A program made the position numbers and the translations under genes. The notes under the pieces were generated by a model that was given only the letters and a program-made list of their open reading frames with translations, was not told the origin of the DNA and made no database searches. 60,064 nt of DNA from a virus (Duplodnaviria > Caudoviricetes): the IMG/VR virus record IMGVR_UViG_3300043449_001984, positions 1 through 60,064 of that record, one strand, 5' to 3'. Positions 42,041-52,370 of this stretch are shown here, piece by piece. Each line of letters opens with the position of its first letter. The first letter of the stretch is position 1.

Positions 42041-43419
42041 TATACTTTAAACCCCTCAAATGATTTCTTAGTTGGCCTTTGAATGTTATCTACATAATCC
42101 TCTTGCCCAGAATTAATCAAGTCATCTTGAGCTGACATTTCTACGTCATATAAACGCATTTTTAACGTATCAACCCCAATAATAAACTTGTTATCTCTAT
42201 TGAGATCTCTATATCTATTTTTAATTTGTTTAATCAAAATCTGATTTAAATTTCTCATTTCTTCAGTATTAATAATACCAAACATAGAATCGCAAGTTGC
42301 GTTTAGTGCAAAACTTTCGCTTACTGAAGCCATATCCAAATCACTATTGTTAACACCACCCTTATTAGTTTGTGTGGCTGTTATGATTGGTATATTAAAT
42401 TCTTGAGATACTCCTCGTATTTCTTCAGAAATACTTTTAATCAAATAATAACTATTAACGGAACCGTTGGACTTTATCCTACTTGAAGAACAAATATTCA
42501 AATAGTCTATAACAACAACCTCAGGAACAAAATTAACTTTTAAATTTAATTCATTAATTAACGCTCTAAAATGATTCGCACTACCAACTCCAGTAGGATA
42601 TTCTTTAATAATCAATTTTCCAGAACACTTTTCTTTTAGTTTACCAACCTTCTTTTCAAAAGTTGATCTATCTAGGCGCATAAGATCTTCAATAGAAACA
42701 TTCAACAGATTAGCATCAATTCTTTTTGCAATTTCTTCTTCCGCCATTTCAAGAGTAATATACAGTACATTTTTACCTTGTAATAAATATGCGGCAGTCA
42801 AGTGACACATCAACAACGTTTTACCAGAATGAGGTGGGGCAAGAAATACGTTTAATGTTTTCTTTGAAAACCCTCCATTTGTAACTTTGTTGAAAAATTG
42901 TAAATCAAAAGGAATTTTCTCTTCTTTTCTATGATAATATTCATATCGATCAGTATAATTTTCAAGAAAATCGTGTCCAACATTTGTATCAAAACCAACC
43001 GATAAAGCATCTGATAAAATTTGCGGAATCGCTCCTTTATCTTTTGTTTTATTTTTGCCATCGGCAATAGAAATTGATTCTAACAACCCATTATAAATTG
43101 CTTGATTTTTACAAAATTCTTCAGATTGATCTATCAACCAATCCAATTTACAAGTTTCGTCTTTGGTTGAATGTATATCATTAATAATTTCAAGAGTAGA
43201 TTTATATTCTTCTTCAGAAATAGTTTTATTATTTAACTGTATTACTAGACTTTCATATGTTGGATTTGTATTATACTTATCAATAAATTCTTGTATCTCA
43301 GTAAAAACAATTCGTTCATTTCTATCAGTAAAATATTCATCTTTTAAAAATGGGAGAACTTTTCTAGTATACTCTTCATCATAAATTAAATGCTTTAAAA
43401 TAGCAGTTTCAATTCGCAT
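42040..43419 (-). CDS. gp41: replicative DNA helicase
   Basis: APPHSGKT; YITLEMAEE; KEYPT; IDYLNIC; TATQT; SESF. Confidence 0.95.
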   Translation of the reverse strand: MRIETAILKHLIYDEEYTRKVLPFLKDEYFTDRNERIVFTEIQEFIDKYNTNPTYESLVIQLNNKTISEEEYKSTLEIINDIHSTKDETCKLDWLIDQSEEFCKNQAIYNGLLESISIADGKNKTKDKGAIPQILSDALSVGFDTNVGHDFLENYTDRYEYYHRKEEKIPFDLQFFNKVTNGGFSKKTLNVFLAPPHSGKTLLMCHLTAAYLLQGKNVLYITLEMAEEEIAKRIDANLLNVSIEDLMRLDRSTFEKKVGKLKEKCSGKLIIKEYPTGVGSANHFRALINELNLKVNFVPEVVVIDYLNICSSSRIKSNGSVNSYYLIKSISEEIRGVSQEFNIPIITATQTNKGGVNNSDLDMASVSESFALNATCDSMFGIINTEEMRNLNQILIKQIKNRYRDLNRDNKFIIGVDTLKMRLYDVEMSAQDDLINSGQEDYVDNIQRPTKKSFEGFKV

Positions 43420-43430
43420 AAATTCTCTCC

Positions 43431-43739
43431 TTATTCAGTAACCACCTCGCTGTCTTTTTCCATATTCATATTTTTCACCATAATGGTACTTAGAATATCT
43501 CCAATGTGATTTTTAAAACCAATATTAGACTCTATATCTTCAATTCCGTTTGGGTCAACAACATTATATTCAAAAGCCAAATATGCTTGATCATTATCCC
43601 TATCTTCTTCAACCGAAACTTTTCCATAATTATATACTACACCAAAATATTCTCCACTATTAATTCTGATATCAACAGAATTATTGTCATCTTCTGGTAT
43701 AACAAATACGTAATCAACTCCTTCTTTATATTCACTCAT
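43431..43739 (-). CDS. gp40-like protein (between uvsX and gp41)
   Basis: Synteny; G..Y.YG.V...L.FEY...F...IGDIL. Confidence 0.55.
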   Translation of the reverse strand: MSEYKEGVDYVFVIPEDDNNSVDIRINSGEYFGVVYNYGKVSVEEDRDNDQAYLAFEYNVVDPNGIEDIESNIGFKNHIGDILSTIMVKNMNMEKDSEVVTE

Positions 43740-44814
43740 CATCCACCTCAATATTTTCTACTTTATCAAATTCTTTTGCCACATCTTCATCGATCATAAT
43801 AGAACCAGAAGAAATTGCATATCTATTATATACAGCATCCTTAAATGCTTGAGAATTTAAAATAGGATCCCAAAATTCTTTATTACTGGTATCTTTTATT
43901 CTGTATTTCTTTTCCTCAACTTCTCCTGTTTCAGTATTTACTCTAGCATACCACCCCATTGATGGTTTGGTAACAAATCCCAATTCCAAAGCAATATCAA
44001 TCAAACCGGAATATTTACTAACACCGTTATCAAAAGAAATGTTAATTGGAATCTTTGATTTTTCTCTAACAAATCTTGATTTTTCAACATTAATAATAAA
44101 GTTGTATCCGCTTAACTCGGTCCCTTCCTTTTCTTGTTGTCTACCAAGAATATAGATATTATCTGCAGCATAAACAGAACCAGTACCACCACCAACAACA
44201 TCTTTGGCATACAATTCCATAGTTTTATATGTATGATTAATAACAACCATAGGAATATCTTTGATAGCCAAATGAGGAGTAATCATACGAAATAGTGATT
44301 TAAGATTTTTTGCTCTACTCATATCTACGGTAGATTTAGAATCTAAAGCATCCTCAACTTCCTTCTTTGATGCAAGATTACCAATAGAATCAATTAAAAT
44401 AATAATCTTATCAGATCTTTCGATTTGATTTAGTTGTTGCATAACATCAAACTTTAATTGTTCAACATCAGTAATTGGTGTATGAATAACACGATTCAAA
44501 TCAATATCGAAAGACTTAAAATATGATTGCGGAGAACCAAATTCGGAATCATAAAATAATAAAACTGATTCGGGATACTTATCCATAAATGCTTTTGCCA
44601 TCATAAGGGAAAAGCCAGTTTTGAACATTTTGCTAACGCCTGCCCACATAGTCAAACCGGAACTAAATCCCCCATCAATTTTTCCAGACAAAGCAATATT
44701 TAAAACTGGAATCTTAGTCGTAATCAAATCTCTGTCAGTAAAAAATTTTGAATTTGATAATACTGACGTTTCTTTAATTGTGCTGTTCTTTTTAATCTTT
44801 TCCAATAAACTCAT
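43732..44814 (-). CDS. uvsX: UvsX RecA-like recombinase
   Basis: NIALSG..DGG; SK.FKT; FYDSEFG; DSIGNLASKKE; NHTY; VEKSR. Confidence 0.95.
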   Translation of the reverse strand: MSLLEKIKKNSTIKETSVLSNSKFFTDRDLITTKIPVLNIALSGKIDGGFSSGLTMWAGVSKMFKTGFSLMMAKAFMDKYPESVLLFYDSEFGSPQSYFKSFDIDLNRVIHTPITDVEQLKFDVMQQLNQIERSDKIIILIDSIGNLASKKEVEDALDSKSTVDMSRAKNLKSLFRMITPHLAIKDIPMVVINHTYKTMELYAKDVVGGGTGSVYAADNIYILGRQQEKEGTELSGYNFIINVEKSRFVREKSKIPINISFDNGVSKYSGLIDIALELGFVTKPSMGWYARVNTETGEVEEKKYRIKDTSNKEFWDPILNSQAFKDAVYNRYAISSGSIMIDEDVAKEFDKVENIEVDDE

Positions 44815-44825
44815 AATATATTTCC

Positions 44826-45233
44826 TCAATGAATAACTTTCTTTTCTTGTTCCTGTTCAACAAATCCATAACTTTCCAAATTGATTCCATCCAAATCAAT
44901 TTCCTCGTCATTTAAATCAAATTCTTCAATTACTTCATTTTCCTCACCAAATACCATTACTTTAGAACCAATTTCTTCAAAAAGAGTTGCAGCAATTTCA
45001 GCAACTATTACTGCACACTTTTTAGAATCGTCCATAACAACATCCGTAAAAAGTGTAATTGTTTTTTCTTCGTACTTATCGTCCGAAACGCCATCATCCA
45101 ACCAAATCAACAACGCTCCATAGTAAAAGAATTCTCCATTAATTACTTTTTGGAAAACATTAACTATTGCTTTTTTCACTCCAAACATAGACCAATTTGG
45201 AATAGTTACATCTAACGTTCTTTTTGTCATCAT
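44826..45233 (-). CDS. acidic hypothetical protein
   Basis: ORF with AGGA RBS. Confidence 0.6.
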   Translation of the reverse strand: MMTKRTLDVTIPNWSMFGVKKAIVNVFQKVINGEFFYYGALLIWLDDGVSDDKYEEKTITLFTDVVMDDSKKCAVIVAEIAATLFEEIGSKVMVFGEENEVIEEFDLNDEEIDLDGINLESYGFVEQEQEKKVIH

Positions 45234-45246
45234 TTTTTCCTATTAT

Positions 45247-47838
45247 TTAAAAGAAATCTTCAATAGAATTTCGCTTTTCTAGTTCCCAACCAATAACTTC
45301 TGTTAACGATTTCAACGGTTCCAAAAAAGCCTTTGACCACATTAAATCATAATCTACAAATCTATTTAAGTCAAGTTCTTTTGGCAATTTTTCTGGAAAA
45401 CTCAACACATTCTCTTTGGTAGGATTTGGCATTTTCAAATAACAAAATTTGATTTTATCGCCTTCTTTAATTAATTCGTAATTATAATCTAATTTTCTTT
45501 CGGTTAAAATATTATTGAAAATAATTGAACCTCTAACGTGAATCGGAGTTCCCTTTTTATATAGCATAACAGAATCTATATATTTACTTAATCCATTCAC
45601 TCCTCTAGGAAAAGCAATCTCTTCGATTGATGAGCTATAAAAGACCTTTTTAAAATCATTAACACATTTAATCAATTCTTCTTTTTCCTCATCAAGAATC
45701 AATTTAATACACTGTTTAAGACTAGTCCTTACCAAGTAAGGACTAGAAGACTTTACAATTTCTAGTCCAGTAACTTTAATCTTGGGTTCAGAATAAACGA
45801 CTCCTTCGTTTGAATAAACATTCAAAGCATACCTTTTCTTAGCAACAAAAACTCCAGAAGAACAAATTTTCTCAAGTTTATAAGAAATGGCGTCTTTGTA
45901 TGAGTTAACATATTCTTTTAATTGTAGACAAAATTCGTCAACTTTTGGTTGAATTTTTTTCTCAACCATTTTTAACAGAAAATTAATCTTTTGTTCTCTT
46001 GTATATTCCGGAGGACAAACTGTTTCCACAATCTTTTCCATTGTGACACCAACAGAGTCAGTATCCATAAAAATGACAAAATCATCATTGGTCTTAAGTA
46101 TACCGTTGAAATATTCATTGATATGATTTGCTGTCCAACGATTCGCAAATTGACCCTCAAGAGTAATTGCCTCTGCCATTTTTAATTCAAAGAATCTAAA
46201 ATATCTGGAACCAAGACAACCATAAAGAGAATTTAGGCACAACTTTTTTGAGCTTTGCAGATTATCAAATTTTGATATTTTGTAACTTAACTCGTTTAAT
46301 TTATTTTTTATAGAAGGATCTTTTGTTTTCTTGTATTCGCCAGTCAATAACTCATATTCTTTTTCTGCATTTAACTTTTCTGCTTTATAATATTTACGTT
46401 CTTTGAACATCTTTTCAACCATTTCTGGAAGAAATCCTTTTTTATCAGTTCTAAAGAACTGTCCGTTTGGAGTTATTGTTACATCATTCTCTTTTAGTTT
46501 CGATAAATCAATTTTTTCGTTTAGAAGGTTTTCGACGTTAATTCCACTAGACAAAATATCAACCATATCTTTGGTATATTCTTCAGGGGAAACCATTGTT
46601 TCCGGAGAGATATTTTTAGCCATAATAATCGAAGGATATAGACTGGTGGCATCCAAAGTAGCGATCCATTTATGATATCCAACTAAAGGAGGTTTAACGT
46701 ATGCCCCTTCATACGAAGAATCTTCTCCAATCTTTATCTGCGGAATATGTATATTCTTTTTCTTCAAGAAGTCATATACTAAACTGTCCCACATTTTAGT
46801 CTGTTGAAATATATCTTCATAATTCGTTTTTGAATCATAAGCCAAGGTTAATGCCAATTCAAACAACTTACACTTATGATCCAATTTCTCGATCAAATTA
46901 ACGTCTTGAATATTATATTCAAAAAACTTTTGTTTATCGCTCGTGTATAGCTTGTGAAGCGAACCTTCATATTCCACTTTCTTTTCGCCAATTTCATTTT
47001 CAGCAATATTATCAAGTTTGTACGATTCTTGCGAATTTCCTCCAGGTTGATATTTTTTAAATAGATCAAGATAATCCAGAGACGATACTCCAATGATCTT
47101 AAAACTAAGATCTTCTTCGTATCTATTAAACCTAGAATTAAATTTCTTAGATTTCTTTTCTTGAATTATTCCCCAAGGAGACAATTTTTTGGTTTCTCTA
47201 TCGGAGACAATCTTATTAAACCTACCAACCAAATATGGAATATCGAAACCTTCTGTATTCCATCCAGACACAATATCTGGATAATCGTTTGACCAAACAT
47301 CAATAAACCTTTTACACAAGTCATACTCATCGCGACATTTAACAAGTATTACATTGTCAGCAGGAATATAATCTTGACAATCATAAGCAAACATATAAAA
47401 CTTGTCTTCACCAAAAAATTTCAGAGCAATAGAAATGATTGGTTGAAAAGGATCTTCAGTCGAGGCAAATCCTCCATTATCTGGATCGGAATTTACCTCG
47501 ATGTCTATAATTGCAATTCTTAATTTAGAAAATTCCCAATCAACTTCATTTGGGAATAGATCAGAAATTAAGCAATATTCAAATTTTGTATTGCCATATA
47601 TTTTAAAATTTTCAACATCAGAATATTTGCTAAGAAATTCCTTAGATTCAGCAATAGTTTTAAATTTGATTTTAGTTAGTTGTTCTCCATAAATAGTTTT
47701 GTATTTACTTTCTTCATTTGTTGGAACAAATAAACTTGGAGCATAAGGAATTTTCGCTCTTACTTTTTTCCCATTTTTAAACCCAGTGTACAAAATGGAA
47801 TTTCCAAATTGTTTGGAATTTATATAAAAATTGCTCAT
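45247..47838 (-). CDS. gp43: family B DNA polymerase
   Basis: DIEV, GWN..FDIPY, YNIQDV, DATSLYPSII, K...NSLYG, DTDS, KKRY. Confidence 0.97.
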   Translation of the reverse strand: MSNFYINSKQFGNSILYTGFKNGKKVRAKIPYAPSLFVPTNEESKYKTIYGEQLTKIKFKTIAESKEFLSKYSDVENFKIYGNTKFEYCLISDLFPNEVDWEFSKLRIAIIDIEVNSDPDNGGFASTEDPFQPIISIALKFFGEDKFYMFAYDCQDYIPADNVILVKCRDEYDLCKRFIDVWSNDYPDIVSGWNTEGFDIPYLVGRFNKIVSDRETKKLSPWGIIQEKKSKKFNSRFNRYEEDLSFKIIGVSSLDYLDLFKKYQPGGNSQESYKLDNIAENEIGEKKVEYEGSLHKLYTSDKQKFFEYNIQDVNLIEKLDHKCKLFELALTLAYDSKTNYEDIFQQTKMWDSLVYDFLKKKNIHIPQIKIGEDSSYEGAYVKPPLVGYHKWIATLDATSLYPSIIMAKNISPETMVSPEEYTKDMVDILSSGINVENLLNEKIDLSKLKENDVTITPNGQFFRTDKKGFLPEMVEKMFKERKYYKAEKLNAEKEYELLTGEYKKTKDPSIKNKLNELSYKISKFDNLQSSKKLCLNSLYGCLGSRYFRFFELKMAEAITLEGQFANRWTANHINEYFNGILKTNDDFVIFMDTDSVGVTMEKIVETVCPPEYTREQKINFLLKMVEKKIQPKVDEFCLQLKEYVNSYKDAISYKLEKICSSGVFVAKKRYALNVYSNEGVVYSEPKIKVTGLEIVKSSSPYLVRTSLKQCIKLILDEEKEELIKCVNDFKKVFYSSSIEEIAFPRGVNGLSKYIDSVMLYKKGTPIHVRGSIIFNNILTERKLDYNYELIKEGDKIKFCYLKMPNPTKENVLSFPEKLPKELDLNRFVDYDLMWSKAFLEPLKSLTEVIGWELEKRNSIEDFF

Positions 47839-47839
47839 A

Positions 47840-48136
47840 TTAAAGAATCAAGGATTGTGTGGGGGCAATAATATTACTAAACAAAGTGTTATATTGTGTA
47901 ACAAATTCTTCCGCAGGTTCGCAAACAAATACAATCTTATCAGATTCTAAACTAATAATTTTATCGTTTGACACCAAAGGAAAAGGAATAAATCCAAAAT
48001 TAGGTTGACCAGAACTTCTACTTGGAACCATAGAAACTTGCACAGGGTTTTCCAATTTAACAGTTGTACCGGACAACGAATATTCAGCAATCACATCTTC
48101 GCCAGTAACTAACTTCACGCACTTAATATTACTCAT
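47840..48136 (-). CDS. conserved T4-like small beta protein
   Basis: KLVTGEDVIAE...L.NP...QY...F. Confidence 0.65.
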   Translation of the reverse strand: MSNIKCVKLVTGEDVIAEYSLSGTTVKLENPVQVSMVPSRSSGQPNFGFIPFPLVSNDKIISLESDKIVFVCEPAEEFVTQYNTLFSNIIAPTQSLIL

Positions 48137-48530
48137 CATTTTCTCCTTCATCATTTACAACTCTAATTTGTGGCGAATTAAATTTCGTAGGAATAATTAT
48201 GACCTTATTACCCAAAGAAATCAACTTTTCTTTAATATAACTTAAATACTTTTCAACTTTATTTTCTTCTAAATTAGTTGTATCAACATATACAGCCAAT
48301 TTATCATTTTCTTCCATTCGTAAAATTTCTACTCCAATACCACTATATGTAACAAAAACTTTATTTCCTTGATCTTCAATATATCGAATAAATTCATCAT
48401 CACGAATATTGGACAATTTTTCTACAGCTTCTTCTTCTGTTAGACCATACGTATTTACTTTGATAACTAAACAATCGTCTTCTTTCAAATTTAGTTTTTG
48501 AAATTCTACTTCTAAATCTACTTTGCTCAT
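48129..48530 (-). CDS. hypothetical protein with internal duplication
   Basis: Two L..E.D.L...V.T..L.E...GNKV units. Confidence 0.6.
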   Translation of the reverse strand: MSKVDLEVEFQKLNLKEDDCLVIKVNTYGLTEEEAVEKLSNIRDDEFIRYIEDQGNKVFVTYSGIGVEILRMEENDKLAVYVDTTNLEENKVEKYLSYIKEKLISLGNKVIIIPTKFNSPQIRVVNDEGENDE

Positions 48531-49030
48531 AATTTTACCACCTTTATGCCACAATTTTTTAAAAAATGTATACCAGAATCATCTCTATAATCAAATGAAT
48601 AATAAACTTCTTTAATTCCGGCACCGTATATCATTCTTGAACAAATGAAACAAGGATTATGTGTGACAAACATAATACCACCTTCTGCAGATTCCGTTGA
48701 TCTAGACAGTTTCATTATCAAGTTTTCTTCTGCGTGTGAAACTTCAGGTTTAGTTTTTAAGTCGAACCTAATATAGTCATCGCCAATTTTTTCAGAAAAA
48801 GGATATTTTTTATATAGTTCTGGATAATCTAAGCTGACTGCATCATCCATACTTACAAATATTTTATCTTCTGCGGTATTATTCCACCCTGAAGGTGTTC
48901 CGTTATAACTAAACCCTATAATATTATCATTTTTTACCAATACTGCCCCAACTTTAAGTTTGGTTGCATAAGACAATTCAGCAGTCCTATGCGCAATATC
49001 CATAAAATAATTAATAAATTTATCTTTCAT
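48527..49030 (-). CDS. cd: dCMP deaminase
   Basis: YFMDIA...A.LS....KVGAV.V; YNGTPSG; HAEEN; THNPC..C. Confidence 0.9.
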   Translation of the reverse strand: MKDKFINYFMDIAHRTAELSYATKLKVGAVLVKNDNIIGFSYNGTPSGWNNTAEDKIFVSMDDAVSLDYPELYKKYPFSEKIGDDYIRFDLKTKPEVSHAEENLIMKLSRSTESAEGGIMFVTHNPCFICSRMIYGAGIKEVYYSFDYRDDSGIHFLKNCGIKVVKL

Positions 49031-49033
49031 ATA

Positions 49034-49429
49034 TTATTCAAGTTCAAACGCACTATTCCAATATTCTTTGGTATGACCGCCATTTGAACAATGAATGTAA
49101 TAATGAAGATCTTCGCAAATGTCATCAATATATTTTCTGGGGGTATTTTCTTTTTGAGAAATTATAGACAAAATATCAGTGGCGATATTAAAAAATTTGA
49201 TTTTATCTTTTTCAATTTCAAATACATCGCTATAATTTGAGTCATTTGACTCCAACCTTTCGAGAGCAATTTTCCTACCCTCTGCCTTCTTAAATTTGTC
49301 GTGATTATTACGAAAAGCCCAAGCAAATTTCACAAAAGTCTTATCACCTTCATCAAATAAATTTGATACAATGGTAATATCGCGATTTTTCCATTCATTT
49401 CTTACATACAAGAATTTCACATTACTCAT
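49034..49429 (-). CDS. hypothetical protein
   Basis: D.F.K..GRKIALERL motif. Confidence 0.6.
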   Translation of the reverse strand: MSNVKFLYVRNEWKNRDITIVSNLFDEGDKTFVKFAWAFRNNHDKFKKAEGRKIALERLESNDSNYSDVFEIEKDKIKFFNIATDILSIISQKENTPRKYIDDICEDLHYYIHCSNGGHTKEYWNSAFELE

Positions 49430-49437
49430 CATTAACC

Positions 49438-49635
49438 TCACTCGTTAGAATATTTTTTCATATTTGATTTAAGCATATAATGCAACATTTTATCAGACGG
49501 AGACTTTTTCACTCCCATAAAAACTTGACCATCAATAATTCTTTCTGGAAAATCTTTTGAAGAATAATACAGATCTGAATTAATGATACTTTTAACTTTA
49601 AAAAGAGGTGATCGCTCTTGAAGTTTTTTTACCAT
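49438..49635 (-). CDS. small hypothetical protein
   Basis: IDG..F..VK pattern; GGAG upstream. Confidence 0.55.
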   Translation of the reverse strand: MVKKLQERSPLFKVKSIINSDLYYSSKDFPERIIDGQVFMGVKKSPSDKMLHYMLKSNMKKYSNE

Positions 49636-49654
49636 AACGCTCTCCAAAAATATA

Positions 49655-49683
49655 ATTATAAATCCAAACGCAAATAAAGTAAA
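49655..49683 (-). promoter_or_regulatory. sigma70-type promoter for gp43 operon
   Basis: TTTACT-17 nt-TATAAT. Confidence 0.7.
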
Positions 49684-49705
49684 GGGGGAAAACTCCCCCT
49701 TTACA
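49678..49705 (-). terminator. intrinsic terminator after hsp20
   Basis: AAAGGGGGA...TCCCCCTTT hairpin followed by ACTTTATTT. Confidence 0.75.
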
Positions 49706-49712
49706 ATTTTAC

Positions 49713-50171
49713 TTATTTTTCTTGTGTAAGAAGTTTTTTATCATCCATAACGATCGGAATTTTTTTGGGTTTCCTTTCTTCTGGAATAACATTTTCGATT
49801 TGAATTTTTAAGATACCATTTACAATATTTGCTGATCTTACAACAGAAATATCGCTTAATGTATAAACGTGTTTAAAATCTCTATTTGCTAGACCGTGAT
49901 GCAAATATTCGACCTCAATTTCTGGTTTATCAGAAACACCAGAAACAGTCAGTTTATTTTGTGTCGTTTCCACATCAATATCTTCTGGAGCAAATCCAGC
50001 AACAGCGATTTGAATCTCATAATTGAGTTCGTCTAGCTTTACGATATTATATGGTGGATATGATGGCGCTTTTGAATTACCAAAAATTCTGTCCATTTCT
50101 TCCATTGTGGAAAATAGACGATCAAAACCAACAGTCATTGGTAATATATTTTTGCCGTATGCGTATGACAT
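49713..50171 (-). CDS. small heat shock protein (IbpA-like Hsp20)
   Basis: VGFDRLF; SYPPYNI; IAVAGF; YLHHGLA.R.F; NGIL.I; PEE.KP.KI. Confidence 0.93.
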   Translation of the reverse strand: MSYAYGKNILPMTVGFDRLFSTMEEMDRIFGNSKAPSYPPYNIVKLDELNYEIQIAVAGFAPEDIDVETTQNKLTVSGVSDKPEIEVEYLHHGLANRDFKHVYTLSDISVVRSANIVNGILKIQIENVIPEERKPKKIPIVMDDKKLLTQEK

Positions 50172-50334
50172 AGTATTTCTCCTTTATTATAAGCAAGATT
50201 AAACAAATATACTTCCCCAATCGGGCAAAGTATTACTGGTTCCGCCGCCAGCATCCCTTTTTCGTATGGATCGGTTACTTGATACGCTTTCTGTTATTTT
50301 AGTTCGTTTCCAGTTTCGAACATTACTATTTATA
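50172..50334 (-). promoter_or_regulatory. structured hsp20 5' leader with ROSE-like thermometer and late promoter
   Basis: TCTTGCT opposite AGGAGA; upstream hairpins; TATAAATA at 50327-50334. Confidence 0.55.
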
Positions 50335-50749
50335 TATTTTGATTATATTTTTTCGCTCCAACAGAATATTTATGCGAAATATTCCACTCAGATTTTTCTT
50401 TGTGTGTTAGTATTTTAATTTGACTCATATCTACTACATTATTTTCTATTTCTTTATTATCAGAAATTTTTAATAATTCCCAATCTTGTAAAAGCAGAGC
50501 AATTGTATTTCTACGAGCAACATCATTTTCACAAATATCAGTCGGTTTACCATCAAGTGCAAATAACTCTTTAAAGTGTAATATTGCATATTGACCTCGT
50601 TTATGCAATATATAACAACTTGGGAAAAGCGTTTTTTCCTTCCTAGATGCTATTCCAATTCTAGTCAACGTTTCTCTAACTTTAAGAAAAGAATCATCAT
50701 CTTCTAATAAGATTTGAACTCCAAATCCTTTAAATAAATTATCATCCAT
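50330..50749 (-). CDS. regA: translational repressor RegA
   Basis: FLKVRETLTRIGIASR...ILHKRG.Y.I.HFKELFALDG; RRNTIA.LL.DW. Confidence 0.95.
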   Translation of the reverse strand: MDDNLFKGFGVQILLEDDDSFLKVRETLTRIGIASRKEKTLFPSCYILHKRGQYAILHFKELFALDGKPTDICENDVARRNTIALLLQDWELLKISDNKEIENNVVDMSQIKILTHKEKSEWNISHKYSVGAKKYNQNI

Positions 50750-50794
50750 ACTAAATAATCTCCATCTTTTTATGACTTAATATTATTTAGTAAT

Positions 50795-51184
50795 TTACGA
50801 TTTCCCACCTTTATCTAACTTATTTTTTATAAAGATCAAATCTTCTTTGGAAAATAAAGGTAAAACTTGTTTTGCTTTATCCGTTGAATAATTATAATAT
50901 TCTTTTATTAGTTGAAGATCTGATGATTCAGTATTTTTATACCACTTTTGATATCCTCTATTATACCTCCTTAATGAATGAAAAAGATAATCATATTGCA
51001 TCTTTTTATCAAGGTGACAATTAATATTCATCTCATTCACATAAAAAATACAATCAATATGTTGCGCCAATGCCTTATTTACTATAAACGGAGTATAATC
51101 AGATTCTTCTATTTCATTGTTTATTAGATGTTCGTTTATTTTCAGCAAACTTGGAATGATTTCTTTAAATAAATCTAAACTCAT
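50795..51184 (-). CDS. gp62: clamp loader small subunit
   Basis: Y.PFIVN.AL; NEMN; MQYDY; KEYY.YS..KA; KGG. Confidence 0.92.
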   Translation of the reverse strand: MSLDLFKEIIPSLLKINEHLINNEIEESDYTPFIVNKALAQHIDCIFYVNEMNINCHLDKKMQYDYLFHSLRRYNRGYQKWYKNTESSDLQLIKEYYNYSTDKAKQVLPLFSKEDLIFIKNKLDKGGKS

Positions 51185-52123
51185 TTACTTAAACTCTGCT
51201 TCTACCATAATCTCTGTCATACAGGCAAGCAACTGAATTTCAGGATCAGCAACAAATCCCGTTTGATATTGATACTTGGCAATAATTAAGACAATATGAG
51301 GGATAGAATTTGGTTTTAGGAAACTGTACATACCATCATACAACCTCCTATAAACGGTATTATAATCATTATTAAGGTTAAGATTAATCCATTCCCGTAC
51401 TTTCGCAAAATCTTTGTCTTTCATAAACTTAATCAAGTCTTTAAGATTAATATCTCCTACTTGAGAAAGAATACCAACATCGATTTTTCCGCTTACAGAA
51501 TAGCGTTGCAGTTCATTTAGAATCTTTCTATTATCAGGATAATATTTTGTAATAAATTCCGCAACAGAAGTTTTATCATATATAACATTTTCAGTATCAA
51601 GAATATTACAAATTCTTTTAAAGAATTGTGTAATAAGTTGTTTCTTTTCGTCTTTACCAATAGCAAAATCTATACTAGAACACCTTGATTGTATCGCTTC
51701 TGGAAACTTGTTTTTAAAATTCCCAGTAAGAATAAATGTACAATTTTTTGAAAATGATTCAATTCCTGCCCTCAAAGCAGCAAATACTTGTGGTGTAAGA
51801 AAATCTGCCTCATCAATAATAATTACCTTTTTTCCTCCAGATAAACTTACTGAAGAAGCATAATTTGTAATTTTAGTTCTAAAAGTATCAATACCATTTT
51901 CGCTGGAACCATTCAAAAACAAATAATCACAACCAACTTCATTACAAAGTGCTTTTGCTAGAGAGGTTTTACCACTACCAGCTTGACCAGTAAGAAGTAA
52001 GTTTGGGATTTCTTTCTTATTTACATATTCTTGAAAAGTATTTTTTACTGAATCCGACAAAATACATTCGGATACAGTTTTTGGTCTGTATTTTTCACAC
52101 CACAAGAAATCATCATTAAACAT
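51185..52123 (-). CDS. gp44: clamp loader ATPase subunit
   Basis: LW.EKYRP; GSGKT; IIDEAD; SRC. Confidence 0.95.
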   Translation of the reverse strand: MFNDDFLWCEKYRPKTVSECILSDSVKNTFQEYVNKKEIPNLLLTGQAGSGKTSLAKALCNEVGCDYLFLNGSSENGIDTFRTKITNYASSVSLSGGKKVIIIDEADFLTPQVFAALRAGIESFSKNCTFILTGNFKNKFPEAIQSRCSSIDFAIGKDEKKQLITQFFKRICNILDTENVIYDKTSVAEFITKYYPDNRKILNELQRYSVSGKIDVGILSQVGDINLKDLIKFMKDKDFAKVREWINLNLNNDYNTVYRRLYDGMYSFLKPNSIPHIVLIIAKYQYQTGFVADPEIQLLACMTEIMVEAEFK

Positions 52124-52138
52124 AACAAAAACCTCAAA

Positions 52139-52369
52139 TTATTCAATAATATCATACGTCTTTTCAAAGATTTCCTTATCACAAGGATACTTCTCACCAT
52201 TAACACCGATCATTAAGTAATCGCCACATTTCCCATTAACAAGACCTTCCATGGTCGTAACGGTAAATCCTTCTGGATTGTTAATTTGAATTGCTTTGAT
52301 AATGATTGGTTTTTTACGAACGTTTAGAACTTTCGACTCATCTAACAATACATTATCGACGTTAATCAT
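52139..52369 (-). CDS. PGDYG-like hypothetical protein
   Basis: KKP...AIQ; TMEG....GDY...GV.GE.YPC...FEKTY. Confidence 0.7.
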   Translation of the reverse strand: MINVDNVLLDESKVLNVRKKPIIIKAIQINNPEGFTVTTMEGLVNGKCGDYLMIGVNGEKYPCDKEIFEKTYDIIE

Positions 52370-52370
52370 T

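Noticed and set aside
18717-47093. Nested minus-strand ORFs 18717-18920, 42852-43067, 45972-46160, 46893-47093
   Set aside because: Alternate frames inside nrdA, gp41 and gp43 with no independent support
42040-47838. Inteins or introns in gp41, uvsX or gp43
   Set aside because: Lengths and motif spacing fit uninterrupted T4-type proteins
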